Shown here: positions 1 to 10,721 of the stretch, one piece after another
How positions within the stretch are numbered: position 1 is the stretch's first letter
Layout: every line of letters starts with the position of its first letter
From: Malacoraja senta
Taxonomy: Eukaryota
Length of the DNA: 64,000 nt
Direction of reading: 5' to 3'
NCBI GenBank assembly: GCA_038087875.1
Contig: CM075994.1
Coordinates: forward strand, 1,116,001 to 1,180,000
Notes under the pieces: model-generated
Databases searched by the model: none
Seen by the model: only the letters and a program-made list of their open reading frames with translations
What the model was told of the DNA's origin: nothing
Translations under genes and position numbers: made by a program

Positions 1-1563
1 AAACAGCTTGTGAAATGCTCCTTAGGAAAACACAGAAACGCACACAAAATGAAAACAATAATGGTTCTGGGAGCAACTGGCTCAGGAAAGACAACCCTCA
101 TCAATGGGATGATCAACTACATCTTGGGCGTGGAATGGAGGGACAATTTCAGATACAAGTTAATACAGGAAGAGACAGGAAAATCCCAGGCTGAGAGTCA
201 GACATCCTCCATCACTGCCTACCAGCTCCACCATCAGGTAGGATTTAACATCGATTACTCTGTGACCATCGTAGACACGCCAGGATTCGGAGACACCAGG
301 GGCATCATGCGGGATAAACAGATCACTGAGCAAATCCGCGAGTTCTTCACTTCCACACAGGGTATTGATCAGATTGACGCCGTGTGTTTTGTTGTTCAAG
401 CCGCCCTGGCTCGCCTGACTCACACACAAAAATATATCTTTGATTCGATTCTTTCTATTTTTGGCAAAGATATTGCAGAGAACATTAGGATCTTGGTGAC
501 ATTCGCAGACATAGAGCACCCCCCCGTCCTGGAAGCCTTGAAAGTAGCTGGTGTACCGTGTCCCAAAGATGAAACAGGTATGCGAATGTATTTCAAGTTT
601 AACAATTCAGCCATTTATGCACAGCGTCCCTCATCTGGAAACACGGGCAATTTGGAGACATCCGGTGACAGCAGGAAAGAGGAAGAAGATAATAATAATA
701 ATAACTTTGCTGCAATGATTTGGAATATGGGAGAAAACAATATGAAGAAATTCTTCACAGCTCTGAACACGGTGGGAGAAAAAAGCTTATGTTTGACCAG
801 GGAGGTTCTGAAAGAACGTAAGCAGTTGGAGGCTATAGTGAAGGGATTGCAGATTCAGGTCCAAGCAGGACTGACCAAACTGGAGGAGGTCAGGAAGACG
901 CAACAGGTTCTGGATCAAAACCAGGCCAATCTGGATGCAAATAAAGATTTTGAGTATGAAGTTAATGTTGTTGTTAAAAAAAGGAAGTTCATTCTTTACC
1001 TCTCAAACAATTGTCAGCAATGTGACTTCACCTGCGACGTTCCTTGTTTCGCTGTTTTCAGTTCAATTGGGAATTGGTGCACATCGATGGACTCATCGGG
1101 AAGCTGCACAGTCTGTCCTCAGGAATGCGACTGGACCAATCACAAAAGAGAATGTTACCAGGTTGTCTGCAAAACAGAAAAGGAAAAGAGAACATACTAT
1201 GAGCTGAAAGAAAGGTATGAGAAGGCCTATGGTGTGACGATGACCCAGCAGAAAGTCAAGGAGTTACTTGAGAAGGAGTATGATGCGGTTCATGACAAAG
1301 TGCTGGCGCAGATTCAACAGTCGTCCAGGAGCTGTAAACGACTTGATGAAATAGGTCTGAGACCAAACCCATTATCCACCCCAGCCTACATTGACCTCAT
1401 GATTCTGGATGAGAAATATTATGCGAAGCCTGGCTTCATAGAGCGAATAGAGGCACTGATCACTGTAAAACGTATGGCCCAGTTACAGGAAAAAGATGCG
1501 GAAAAAGAGGAGTTGTTACCAGAGCTTTTAAAGGAAGATTCAACGTGCTGCAACGAAGACTGA
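1..1563 (+). CDS. Septin/AIG1-like (TRAFAC) P-loop GTPase with coiled-coil and Cys/His-rich C-terminal region; probably 5'-partial (frame open to window edge, first ATG at 49)
   Basis: G1 GATGSGKT, G2-like SQT, G3 DTPGFGDT, G4-like LVTFAD and FKFNNSA motifs. Cys cluster NNCQQCDFTCDVPC...WC...CTVCPQECDWTNH. Charged helical C-terminus. No stop from position 1 to TGA 1561-1563. An (AAT)n run near 691-708 encodes poly-Asn. Confidence 0.85.
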   Translation, partial: KQLVKCSLGKHRNAHKMKTIMVLGATGSGKTTLINGMINYILGVEWRDNFRYKLIQEETGKSQAESQTSSITAYQLHHQVGFNIDYSVTIVDTPGFGDTRGIMRDKQITEQIREFFTSTQGIDQIDAVCFVVQAALARLTHTQKYIFDSILSIFGKDIAENIRILVTFADIEHPPVLEALKVAGVPCPKDETGMRMYFKFNNSAIYAQRPSSGNTGNLETSGDSRKEEEDNNNNNFAAMIWNMGENNMKKFFTALNTVGEKSLCLTREVLKERKQLEAIVKGLQIQVQAGLTKLEEVRKTQQVLDQNQANLDANKDFEYEVNVVVKKRKFILYLSNNCQQCDFTCDVPCFAVFSSIGNWCTSMDSSGSCTVCPQECDWTNHKRECYQVVCKTEKEKRTYYELKERYEKAYGVTMTQQKVKELLEKEYDAVHDKVLAQIQQSSRSCKRLDEIGLRPNPLSTPAYIDLMILDEKYYAKPGFIERIEALITVKRMAQLQEKDAEKEELLPELLKEDSTCCNED

Positions 1564-2099
1564 ACAAATGTTTTCTAATGTGATGAATTGGTTCAAGTCC
1601 AGTAACTGATAAACATTTCAGCTGTTCCCTAGTTGGGAAGCAGCTGTTTCACTTACCCAACGGATAAACCCCGTTCTCAGTCCCGCTCTTTCTCCTTCCC
1701 CACCTGCCTACATCTTTACCCACCACAGCTTCAATGGTTCCCCTACCTCACCCAGCTGGGTGCCACACTGCTCCATCTGCGTCAACCACTACTTGAAGGT
1801 CACCTGCACTGGTTTGTCATCCCAGTCCCAAGCCGTTGCTTCTGGACTGCACTAAAGATCTATTCACGTCCCCTCCCGTTCCACGTCAACTTCCCCTCGC
1901 CCCCGGAAGGGTCCTCAGTGCACAGGGTGTCACGACCTCCACCCATTACCCACTCCCTCAATCACCCACGCTCTCTGCACGGTCCAACAGCACATATCCC
2001 CCTCCAAAGCCATAGGAGGGAAAACATTCTCCCAGCCCTATCCCTCTCCTTGGTCTCAGTCATGCGTCTGACCCATGGGTTGTTGGGAGGTAAAATAAT

Positions 2100-2460
2100 C
2101 CCACACATGATCCACTGGGAATCTGATCAGACCCTCCAGCCTCAAGACAAAATATAAAGTGCTCTCGGACCTCGCATGGAGTCGCCATTGTGACGGTAAA
2201 CACTCAGAGGAACTTCTCCAACTCACTGACACATATTCCCAGGCACGTTGAGATTTGGGGCTCACCAACAACCCGAGAAGGACCATTAAAATGGAGCAAG
2301 ACATCAGTGAGCTCCCTCCTTCACTCTCCATGTGATCACCACTCAGGGATCAGCATCTTCCATGTCCACGGCACTGTCACCAGATGGATGATTGACCTTC
2401 ACCATGGAGAACCAGCCTCAGTGAAAAGCCTACCGGATGTTCTCATCAGCACCTGAAACC
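2100..2460 (+). mobile_element. Old RTE-clade LINE RT relic
   Basis: One frame reads HSEELLQLTDTYSQAR*DLGLTNNPRRTIKMEQD, resembling the RTE RT segment after YADD (LQ..MD.FS.AC..FGLTIS.KKT.VM.Q). Contains a stop; boundaries approximate. Confidence 0.45.
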
Positions 2461-2809
2461 ATCTGGAAGTGGGACTTTAAGGCATCAGACATCAGTATAG
2501 AGCTGGGAGGTAGTTGCTCAATATCGTCGTCATTTGAATATGATTCAGGACAGATTCCATTGTGGTGTTTACAGGGAGCTGGGCAAACTGGTTAAAGGAA
2601 AACATTAGTTGGACCAGTGGACTACCCTTCCACAGAGACGATGGACTGAATGGCCTTCTCCCGTGCTGTCGCTATCCTGGACTGCGCCAGACCTGTTCTG
2701 GAGCTTTGAGTCCTACTTCACCTTGACGTGAGATTCCGGTTCCATGTTTATTCCAATACAGAGGTTTTATTCTACCTCCGGGACAAGGGATAAAAGCATC
2801 GATGAAATT

Positions 2810-3305
2810 GACGTGTAGGAAGGAATTGCAGATGATGGTTTAAACCGAAGAAAGACATAAAATGCTGGCGTAACTCAGCGGGGCAGGCAACATCTCTGGA
2901 GTGGAGGAATGGGTGACGTTTCGGGTCAAGACCCCTCTTCAGACTAGTCAGGGGAAAGGGAAAGGAGAGATATAGACAGTGAAATGGAGAGATATAGAAC
3001 AATAAATTAAAGATATTTTAAAAAATAATGACGATAAAGCAAACAGGCCATTATTAGCTGTTTGTTAGGAGAGAATAAGAACCTTGTGCGATCTGGGTTG
3101 GGGAGGGATGGAGAGAGAGAGGGAATACAGTGGTTATTTGAAGTTAGAGAAATCAAAATTCAAACCACTGGGTTGTAAGCTGCCCATGCAAAATATGAGA
3201 TGCTGTTCCTCCAATTTGCTGTTCGCCTTACTCTGACAATGGAGGAGGCCTAGGACGGAAAGGTCAGTGGGGGAAGGGAAGGAGAATTAAAGTGTTTGGC
3301 AAATT
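2810..3305 (-). mobile_element. Penelope-like element 3' end (end of GIY-YIG ORF plus terminal repeat with hammerhead core)
   Basis: Minus strand reads HCQSKANSKLEEQHLIFCMGSLQPSGLNFDFSNFK*, the typical Penelope C-terminus, followed by CTGAAGA-G-GGGTCTTGACCC-GAAACGTC at 2915-2942. Confidence 0.75.
2915..2942 (-). ncRNA. Minimal type I hammerhead ribozyme core (Penelope type)
   Basis: CUGAAGA, one extra nucleotide, stem II GGGU-CUUG-ACCC, GAAA, palindromic ACGU in place of stem III, and a GUC cleavage triplet. Stem I is only about 2 bp. Confidence 0.6.
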
Positions 3306-4077
3306 CAGGTTCTGAGTAACGAAGATGAAAAATGAAATCTGATCCCCCTTATGAGCAGACTTAGAGTCTTACCCTCATGAACAGGGTACATTGTGATGAA
3401 TATATGGTTTAATCCAAAGAAAGCTATTTTTAAATTACCAATTATACATGCGCTGGGTTTGATTAATGAACCGTGTATGCAAACTTTGATGATTCGTTGG
3501 GAAGTTCGGTTCTTGTTCTGGGAGAAATGAGTAGGCTCATCAGAAGCTACAATGAACACACCCTATTGAGTATTGATCAGGATATCTGACAACTGGGAAG
3601 CAGAACAAAGTAAGTGTATCCATCATGGAATACCGGTAGGGGAAAGGTAACGAGAAGACGGAGACAGAAAGAGTGACAAGAGAAGAAGAAAAAGTTGATG
3701 AAATGGAGAAGGGTAAGCGAAACAACGGAGGAGGGAATTCGACAGGAATAGAGGGAAAGGAGTCAGAGAGAAAGAGACGTCGGAACCACAGGCGTCAGGC
3801 AATGGGAGAAACATTAGGAAAGAGGGAAGTGTTGGAGAGGAGGAAAGACGATGGAGAGAGAAGACGAGAGGGTGAGAGGTGACAGAAAGGAGGCAGAGCC
3901 ACCGGGGAGAGAGGAATGCGATGGTGATGAACAGAAGTGAGCGCAGTCAAAAACAGAGAGAGGTAATAGAGATGTGCAGAGAAAGTGGTAGAGAGATCAC
4001 GGGGGGGGGCGGGGTTGAGGTGATCGAGAGAGCAGGGATGTGGTGACGCAAACAGAGGAGGAGAGCGGCAACATAAA

Positions 4078-4506
4078 CTGGGGCAATGGGAGAGGCAACA
4101 GAGATTGGGGAAATGGGATATGTGACAGAGAGTGGGGCAATGGGAGAGGTGACAGAGTGGGGCAATGGGAGAGGTGACAGAGTAGGGCAATGGGAGAGGT
4201 GACAGAGTGGGGCAATGGGAGAGGTGACAGAGAGTGGGGCAATGGGAGAGGTGACAGAGAGTAGGGCGATGGGAGAGGTGACAGAGTGGGGCAATGGGAG
4301 AGGTGACAGAGTGGGGCAATGGGAGAGGTGACAGAGTGGGGCAATAGGACACGTGACAGAGAGTGGGGCAATGGGAGTGGTGACAGAGTGGGGCAATGGG
4401 AGAGGTGACAGAGTGGGGCAATGGGAGAGGTGACAGAGTGGGGCAATGGGAGAGGTGACAGAGTGGGGCAATGGGAGAGGTGACAGAGTGGGGCAATGGG
4501 AGAGGT
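4078..4506 (+). repeat. 25-bp G-rich minisatellite, about 17 units (GTGACAGAGTGGGGCAATGGGAGAG)
   Basis: Directly visible tandem array. The paralogous array at 57160-57332 has about 7 units. Confidence 0.95.
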
Positions 4507-5149
4507 GCCCGAAGGAGTCAAAAGAGGGAAACAGAAGATGTAGTGCAGACCCGAACTATACATTTCTTCCAGAACCAAGTAATCTCTTCCCCTGCGTTAC
4601 TTTGTAGTTGTTCAGTAATCAAAGAATAAATGATTCATAAAATGAAATAAAATGCTTGACGCCCTCAATACCAGTGTCTGGTTGTTGATTCCTCTCCACT
4701 AGCAAAATAAACCATGTGATTTCTCTGAAATACTACATTAAATGAAAAATTATGGTGAAAATAGCTGTAAATTGAGCTGCCAGTTATAACAATCTCTAGA
4801 AGAAACAGAATTGTGAAATAAGCTGGTGAAAAAAGGGATAATATGATTCTAAGAAGGGCAAAGGATCAGTGGGGGGGCATGATGATATTACTGATAAAGA
4901 ACCAGGTGGAGAGATGCAGAGGGTCGTTGGAGAATACTCCTGTTTGGATAAGGGCGAGGATAACAGAGAATGTGTGCACACTGTCCATGGAACATGCGAC
5001 CATTCAAGTACAGGGCGAAAAGAGTAATGCAGTAGCGACAGAGGGTGGCATGATCTAGGGAACGGACACTGCTCTCTGCAGCAGAGACAGCGAGCAAACC
5101 CACAATGTGGATAAAAAGGAATGACAGATGATGGAAACATGAGCACAAT

Positions 5150-5275
5150 ACAACGTTCTGAAATAACTCAACGGGTCAGGCGGCATCCAAAGAAGAATGC
5201 TGACCCGAAACGTCGCCCATCCATGTTCTCCAGACCGGCTGCCTGACCCGCTGAGTTACTCCAGGACTGTGTTAT
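5150..5275. mobile_element. Fold-back Penelope-derived mini-element with partial hammerhead (GACCCGAAACGTC)
   Basis: AACTCAACGGGTCAGGCGGC and GCTGCCTGACCCGCTGAGTT inverted arms flank the partial core. Paralogue at about 57985-58100. Confidence 0.6.
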
Positions 5276-5517
5276 ATTTAAGGTAATCTCTTTTGGGATA
5301 GAGAAGAACTTGGAATAAGAAGGAAATGATCAACTCGTTTGGCCAGGAAGAAGGTTCCACTGAGGGATTGTGAATAATTTAAGGCAAAATTAGAAAGCAA
5401 AACCTCCAATTTGATAGCCCCTGGGTTTTCCCCAGAGGCAATTACAAAATGTCAGAGCATTGAATTTAAGGCTGGGTGAATAAACATGCAGCACAAAGTA
5501 GAAGATGTGGAACTTCA

Positions 5518-5590
5518 GGATATTAAAGGCATTATGTGGAACGCCTGGATATTAAAGGCATTATGTGAAACGCCTGGATATTAAAGGCAA
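5518..5590 (+). repeat. 29-bp tandem repeat (GGATATTAAAGGCATTATGTGGAACGCCT), about 2.5 units; one unit fewer in copy B
   Basis: Seen directly; compare 58343-58385. Confidence 0.85.
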
Positions 5591-6007
5591 CCATGATCTG
5601 GGTGGAGAGAGTACGGTCGACTCCAATGACTAACAGTTTAAAGAGTAGAAGGAAGGAACTGCAGATGCTGTTCTACATAAAAAAGACACAAAGTGCTGGA
5701 GTAATTCAGCGGGTCAGGCAGTATCTCTGGAGAACCGGGATAGGCGACGTTGTCGGGTCGCGACCATTCTTCAAACTCACAATGACTGACAACGTATAAT
5801 GTTTCTCAGTTTTACAGACCACGGTGTTATTTAGACTGAATTTATTTTGCTTTCAGGTTCACACTTAGTCTGAATCCTTCCCGAATATAAAGCTTCTTGT
5901 TTTCTGCTGCCTTTGGCCTCTGTTCGGACCACCATCAGTCGCGGGGGGTTCAGTGTCCTGGCTCCCGGCCGTGGAAGCTGGAAGGGATGGAGTGGTCATG
6001 TGACGTA

Positions 6008-6180
6008 CAGGAAGCAGGGTGGGAAGAAGTGTAGTCGAGATAATTGTGGGAGTCCATGGGTGTGTCATAGACCTGAATCAATAGTATATCTCCTGTGATG
6101 GAGACGGTGGGTTTAAGAAAGTGGAGGGAGGTGCCGGAAATGGTCTGAGTAAACTTGAGGGCTGGATGAAAATCAGTAGT
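6008..6180 (-). mobile_element. Penelope RT fragment, distal piece (split by a CR1 insertion)
   Basis: Minus-strand FHPALKFTQTISGTSLHFL and SHNYLDYTSSHPASC, typical Penelope RT. Continues from the 11510-12048 piece. Confidence 0.75.
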
Positions 6181-6554
6181 AGAAACAATAGGTGGAGGAG
6201 TAGGCCATTCGGCCCTTCGAGCCAGCACCGCCATTCAATATGATCATGGCTGACCATTTAAAATCAGTACCCCGTTCCAGCGTACTCCCCATATCCCTTG
6301 ATTCTTTTGGGCCTAAGTGCCACATCTAGCTCTCTCTTGAATATACTGTATCCAGTGAATTGGCCTCTTCTTCGTTCTGTGGCAGATAATTCCACAGACT
6401 CACAAATATCTGGGAGAAAATATTTTTCCTCATCTCAGTCCTAAATAGCCGATGTCTTATTCTTAAACTGTGACCTCTAGTTCTGGACTCCCCGAACATT
6501 GGGAACATTTTTCCTGCATCTAGCCTATCCAATCCCGAAATTATTATATACGTT

Positions 6555-6742
6555 TGTGGCGGTCCCTGGGGGGTAAGCCACTCCTTGGATCATCCCCCTC
6601 GCCGAGTGAAGGACAGTGGACTGGTCTGCCACGGGGTTTCCAGTCGACCCTGGATTTAGTGCTCTCGTGGTAAAACATTAAAGTCTGCTAATTGAACCCG
6701 TCTGGCGTCTGGCCTTTTACTGACCTCGTTCAGGCCGCTACA
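6555..6742 (+). repeat. Gypsy 5' LTR (188 bp)
   Basis: Matches the 3' LTR except for 2 substitutions and a 24-bp indel between GTGCTCTCG direct repeats. Confidence 0.95.
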
Positions 6743-6774
6743 CTGGTGACCCACGCCGTCCATCACGCGTCGTG

Positions 6775-7574
6775 ATGGAGAATAACGCCGTTGCGTTGAA
6801 GCTCCCTACTATGTGGACCGAAGAAGCTGACACTTGGTTCCAGCAGGCAGAGGCACAGTTTGCTTTGAGAGGAATTACGGTAGATGAGACTAAATATTAT
6901 TATGTGATTGGGGCGCTGGACCAAGCAACCGCAAGGAGAATTAAGCCGTTCCTCAAGACCCCCCCGGTAACAAACAAATATAGCGGCCTGAAGGCATACC
7001 TTATTAGGAGGTTCGGCCTAGGTGACTCCGAGCGGGCAGCTCGGATTTTCAGAATGGAGGGGCTGGGCGACCGCCGGCTGTCCGACCTCCTGGAGGACAT
7101 GCTAACCCTAATGGGGGACCATGAACCTACCTGCAGCAGGTACCGTCCGACATCCGTATGCAGCTCGCCAGGAATCCATTTACCGACATGCGGGAGCTGG
7201 GTGAGCAAGCTGACGAACTTTGGATGAATCGCCATAACGAGGTGCTGAACGACTTTCCCGCGGCTTTTGGAGGCTCAGAGCAGGTCGGGAACGCTATCGA
7301 CCGCGTCTCCACCGCTCCCAGTCGGGCCCCGCGGCAAAATCCGGCCGCCATTGCGCAATCCACTGCAGGCACGTCTTTCCAGTACGGCCAGCCTGCAGTT
7401 CCACTTAACGCCAGCAGAGGTCGCTGGCGTCCAAACCAGCCAAATTGGTATGCAGTTCCACAAGACACCAACAGAGGTGGTTGGTGCTCTTACCACCGTC
7501 GCTGGGGAGCTGCAGCCAGGAGATGTGTTCCACCCTGTTCATTCCCGGGAAACGAAAGGGCCGGTCGTCAGTAA
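6775..7574 (+). pseudogene. gag: Gypsy gag, frameshifted near 7130
   Basis: N-terminal AVALKLPTMW...WFQQAEAQFALRGIT...KYYYVI and C-terminal WCSYHRRWGAAARRCVPPC (CHCC knuckle) lie in different frames. Confidence 0.85.
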
Positions 7575-7591
7575 TTCCTTCGGCGGCCGGC
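7547..7591 (+). promoter_or_regulatory. -1 programmed ribosomal frameshift signal (gag-pol)
   Basis: Slippery heptamer G GGA AAC at 7547-7553 in the gag frame, a 6-nt spacer, then a 10-bp stem GCCGGTCGTC (7560-7569)/GGCGGCCGGC (7582-7591). pol is in the -1 frame. Confidence 0.8.
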
Positions 7592-10500
7592 AAAATTCAT
7601 CGCGTCTTCGCCTGGGATTGTCGCACGGGAGGTCGATTCCTCGTGGACACTGGTGCGGAAGTGAGCGTTCTGCCCCCCTCCATAACTGACATCCGGGCGG
7701 GTAAACGAGGGCCCCTCCTCACCGCGGCGAACGGGAGTGCTATCCGCACCTACGGGTTTCGCACCATTCCCCTCAACTTTGGCCGCAGCTCCTTTTCATG
7801 GAAGTTCGTAATTGCTGACGTTTCCCAGCCGCTGCTGGCCGCCGACTTCCTCCGAGCTCATTCACTGCTCGTGGATGTCAAGCGGGGGCGCCTGATGCAT
7901 TCTGTCACGCTGGAGCCGGTCTTCCTCCGTATTGGTGATCCTGTATCACGCACTGATGGCCCCCTATTGTCCGTGGATGCGACTTTCGCGCACATCATGG
8001 CAGATTTTCCTGACATCCTGGAACCCCACTTCTGCTCCTCCACCCCCAAGCACGGGGTGGAGCACCACATCCCTACTACCGGCCCGCCTCTACACGCCCG
8101 GGCGCGTCGTCTGGCGCCAGACAAGCTTCGGCTTGCTCGGCAGGAGTTCCGCCTGATGGAGGAGATGGGAATCGTGCGTCCCTCCGATAGCCCATGGGCG
8201 TCACCGCTCCACATGGTCCCCAAGGCAGACGGGGGCTGGCGCCCGTGTGGGGATTACCGTCGCCTGAATGATGCGACCGTCGCAGATAGGTAGCCAGTTC
8301 CGCACATTCAGGACTTCAATGCCCATCTAGCCGGAGCATCCATATTCTCCAAGGTGGACCTCGTACGAGGATATAATCAAATTCTGGTTCGCCCCGATGA
8401 TATTCCGAAGACGGCCATTATTACACCATTTGGTCTATTCGAATTTGTAAGGATGCCGTTTGGGTTAAAAAAACGCTGCGCAGGCCTTTCAGCGGCTTAT
8501 GGACTGTGTGTGCCGCGGCCTGGATTTCGTCCTTGTGTACTTAGATGACATACTCGTGGCTAGTCACTCACGGCAGGAGCACTGCATCCACCTCCGTCAG
8601 CTGTGTCAGCGCCTCAGCGATTTCGGTTTGGCCATCAACGCGTCCAAATGCCGTTTCGGGGTGACGTCTATCGACTTCCTCGGCCACCGCGTGACTCCAC
8701 AAGGGGTGGTGCCTCTGCCGGTCAAGGTGGACGCTATCCGCAGGTTCCCCCGTCCGACCACAGTTAGGGGCCTGCAAGAAATCGTGGGGATGGTCACTTT
8801 CTATCACCGCTTCCTGCCGGCAGCGGCCGCAGTCATGCGTCCGCTGTTCCAGCTGATTGATGGTCATCGCAGGGAGGTTGAGTGGTCCGCGGAAGCATCA
8901 GCGCCTTTTGATAGGGCTAAGCAGGCACTGGCTGAAGCCACCATGCTCGTCCACCCACGGGAGAACGCCCCGACCGTCTTGACGGTAGACGCTTCTGAGA
9001 TTGCGGTTGGGGCAGTGTTGGAGCAGCTCGTCGATGGATACTGGCGGCCACTCGCCTTCTTCAGCAGGCATCTCAGTGGTGCTCAACGCCGTTACAGTGC
9101 TTTTGACCGCGTGCTCCTTGCCCTATATCTCGCTGTACGCCATTTCCGCTATTTCCTGGAGGGGAGGCTGTTTACTGTGTTTACGGACCACAAGCCGTTA
9201 ACCTTCGCGTTCGCCAAGGTTTCAGACCCGTGGTCTGCCCGGCAGCAGAGGCAGTTGGCGTATGTGTCCGAATACACAACCTCCATCCGGTTCGTTGAGG
9301 GCAAATTCAACAAAGTGGCCGATGCCTTATCTAGACCTGCAGTCAACGCGGTTCTCCAAGTCGCCGAGGGGATCAATTATTCCGCCCTAGCAGCCGCTCA
9401 GTTGGTCGACGAGGAGATGTCCGCTTATCGTACGGCAGTTTCGGGCCTGCAGTTGGAGGACGTTGTCTGTGGTCCTGGGGGTGCAACGCTGCTGTGCGAT
9501 GTCTCCTCTGGGGTTCCGCGACCCATTGTCCCCATCGCCTGGCGGCGCAGGGTGTTTGAGGTGCTCCATGGGCTTGCGCATCCCTCCATCCGGGCGACAA
9601 CGGCCCTGGTGGCCTCCCGTTTCATGTGGCACGGACTGCGGAAGGAGGTTGGACACTGGGCGCGCACCTGCATCTCGTGCCAGACCGCCATGGTGCAACG
9701 ACACGTGCGCGCGCCGTTGCAGGAGTTCCCCATTCCAAGGCAGCGTTTCGACCACATTCACGTGGACATCGTGGGGCCGCTGCCGTCGTCCCAGGGCATG
9801 ACCTACCTATTCACCGTTGTGGACCGGTTTACGCGGTGGCCTGAAGCCATCCCGCTACCGAATTCGGCAACGACTACTTGCGCTCGAGCCTTGGTTGCGC
9901 ATTGGATCGCCAGGTTCGGAGTGCCACTGGACATAACTTCCGACCGGGGGCCTCAGTTCACGTCGGAACTGTGGGCGGCCATGGCACGTCTCCTGGGTGT
10001 TCGTCTGCACCACACGACGGCGTACCACCCGCAGGCGAACGGCTTGGTGGAGCGGTTTCACCGTCAACTTAAGGACGCCCTGAAGGCATGGCTCAAGGAT
10101 CCGGACTGGGTGGACGCTCTGCCGTGGGTTTTGCTGGGGATCCGCACCGCACCCAAAGAGGACTTAGCCTCCTCCTCCGCCGAGTTGGTATATGGGTCTC
10201 CGTTGACGGTGCCCGGGGAATTCATCCCGTCGGCACGTGGTCAGGCGGAGCAGCCTTCGGACGCTCTACAACGTCTTCGGCACACGGTGGGCAAGTTGGC
10301 GCCGGTGCCAACGTCTCGTCATGGGTCTTTCCGTCCTCATGTTCCGCCTGCCCTGGTGGACTGCCAGTTCGTTTTTCTGCGGAGGGATGCGCATCGGACA
10401 CCTCTCCAGCTGCCGTACGACGGTCCCTTTCGGGTACTGGAACATGGCTCATCCTCTTTCGTCCTGGACATGGGGGGTCGGCATGAGACTGTTTCAGTTG

Positions 10501-10720
10501 CGCGGTTGAAGCCAGCACATATTGATATCGATCAGCCGGTGTTGGTAGCGCGGCCTCGTAAGCGAGGGCGGCCTCTGTCTAGGGTACCTCCTCTGGTAAC
10601 TCGGTCCCATGCACCTGTTGGTCAGTTGCCTGTTCCGGGGCAGGGCATGGTGTGTACCCGCGCTGGCTGCCGTGTACGGCCTCCTGTCCGTTTCGTGTCT
10701 CGGGTACTTGGGGGGGGGTC
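7550..10720 (+). pseudogene. pol: Gypsy pol (PR-RT-RH-IN) with in-frame TAG at 8291 and a frameshift in the A-run at about 8467-8473
   Basis: ORFs 7445-8293, 8354-8548 and 8499-10826 together give FLVDTGAEVS, WASPLHMV, RPCGDYRRLN, MPFGLK, YLDDIL, TDHKPL, HVDIVGPLP, TSDRGPQF and ANGLVERFHR. Confidence 0.9.
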
Positions 10721-10721
10721 A

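Noticed and set aside
1633-2157. 174-aa ORF downstream of the GTPase
   Set aside because: TTG start, C-rich low-complexity composition and no motifs; it overlaps an old RTE relic.
3795-4578. Three long minus-strand ORFs (233, 174 and 193 aa) with repeated PHSVTSPIAPLCHLSHC
   Set aside because: They are translations of the 25-bp minisatellite, which lacks stops on that strand; not genes. The same applies to 57080-57404.
8291-8293. In-frame TAG in Gypsy pol as a possible programmed readthrough
   Set aside because: It falls inside RT at the conserved D-R-Y-P tyrosine, so it is a simple nonsense change. The real recoding site is at 7547.
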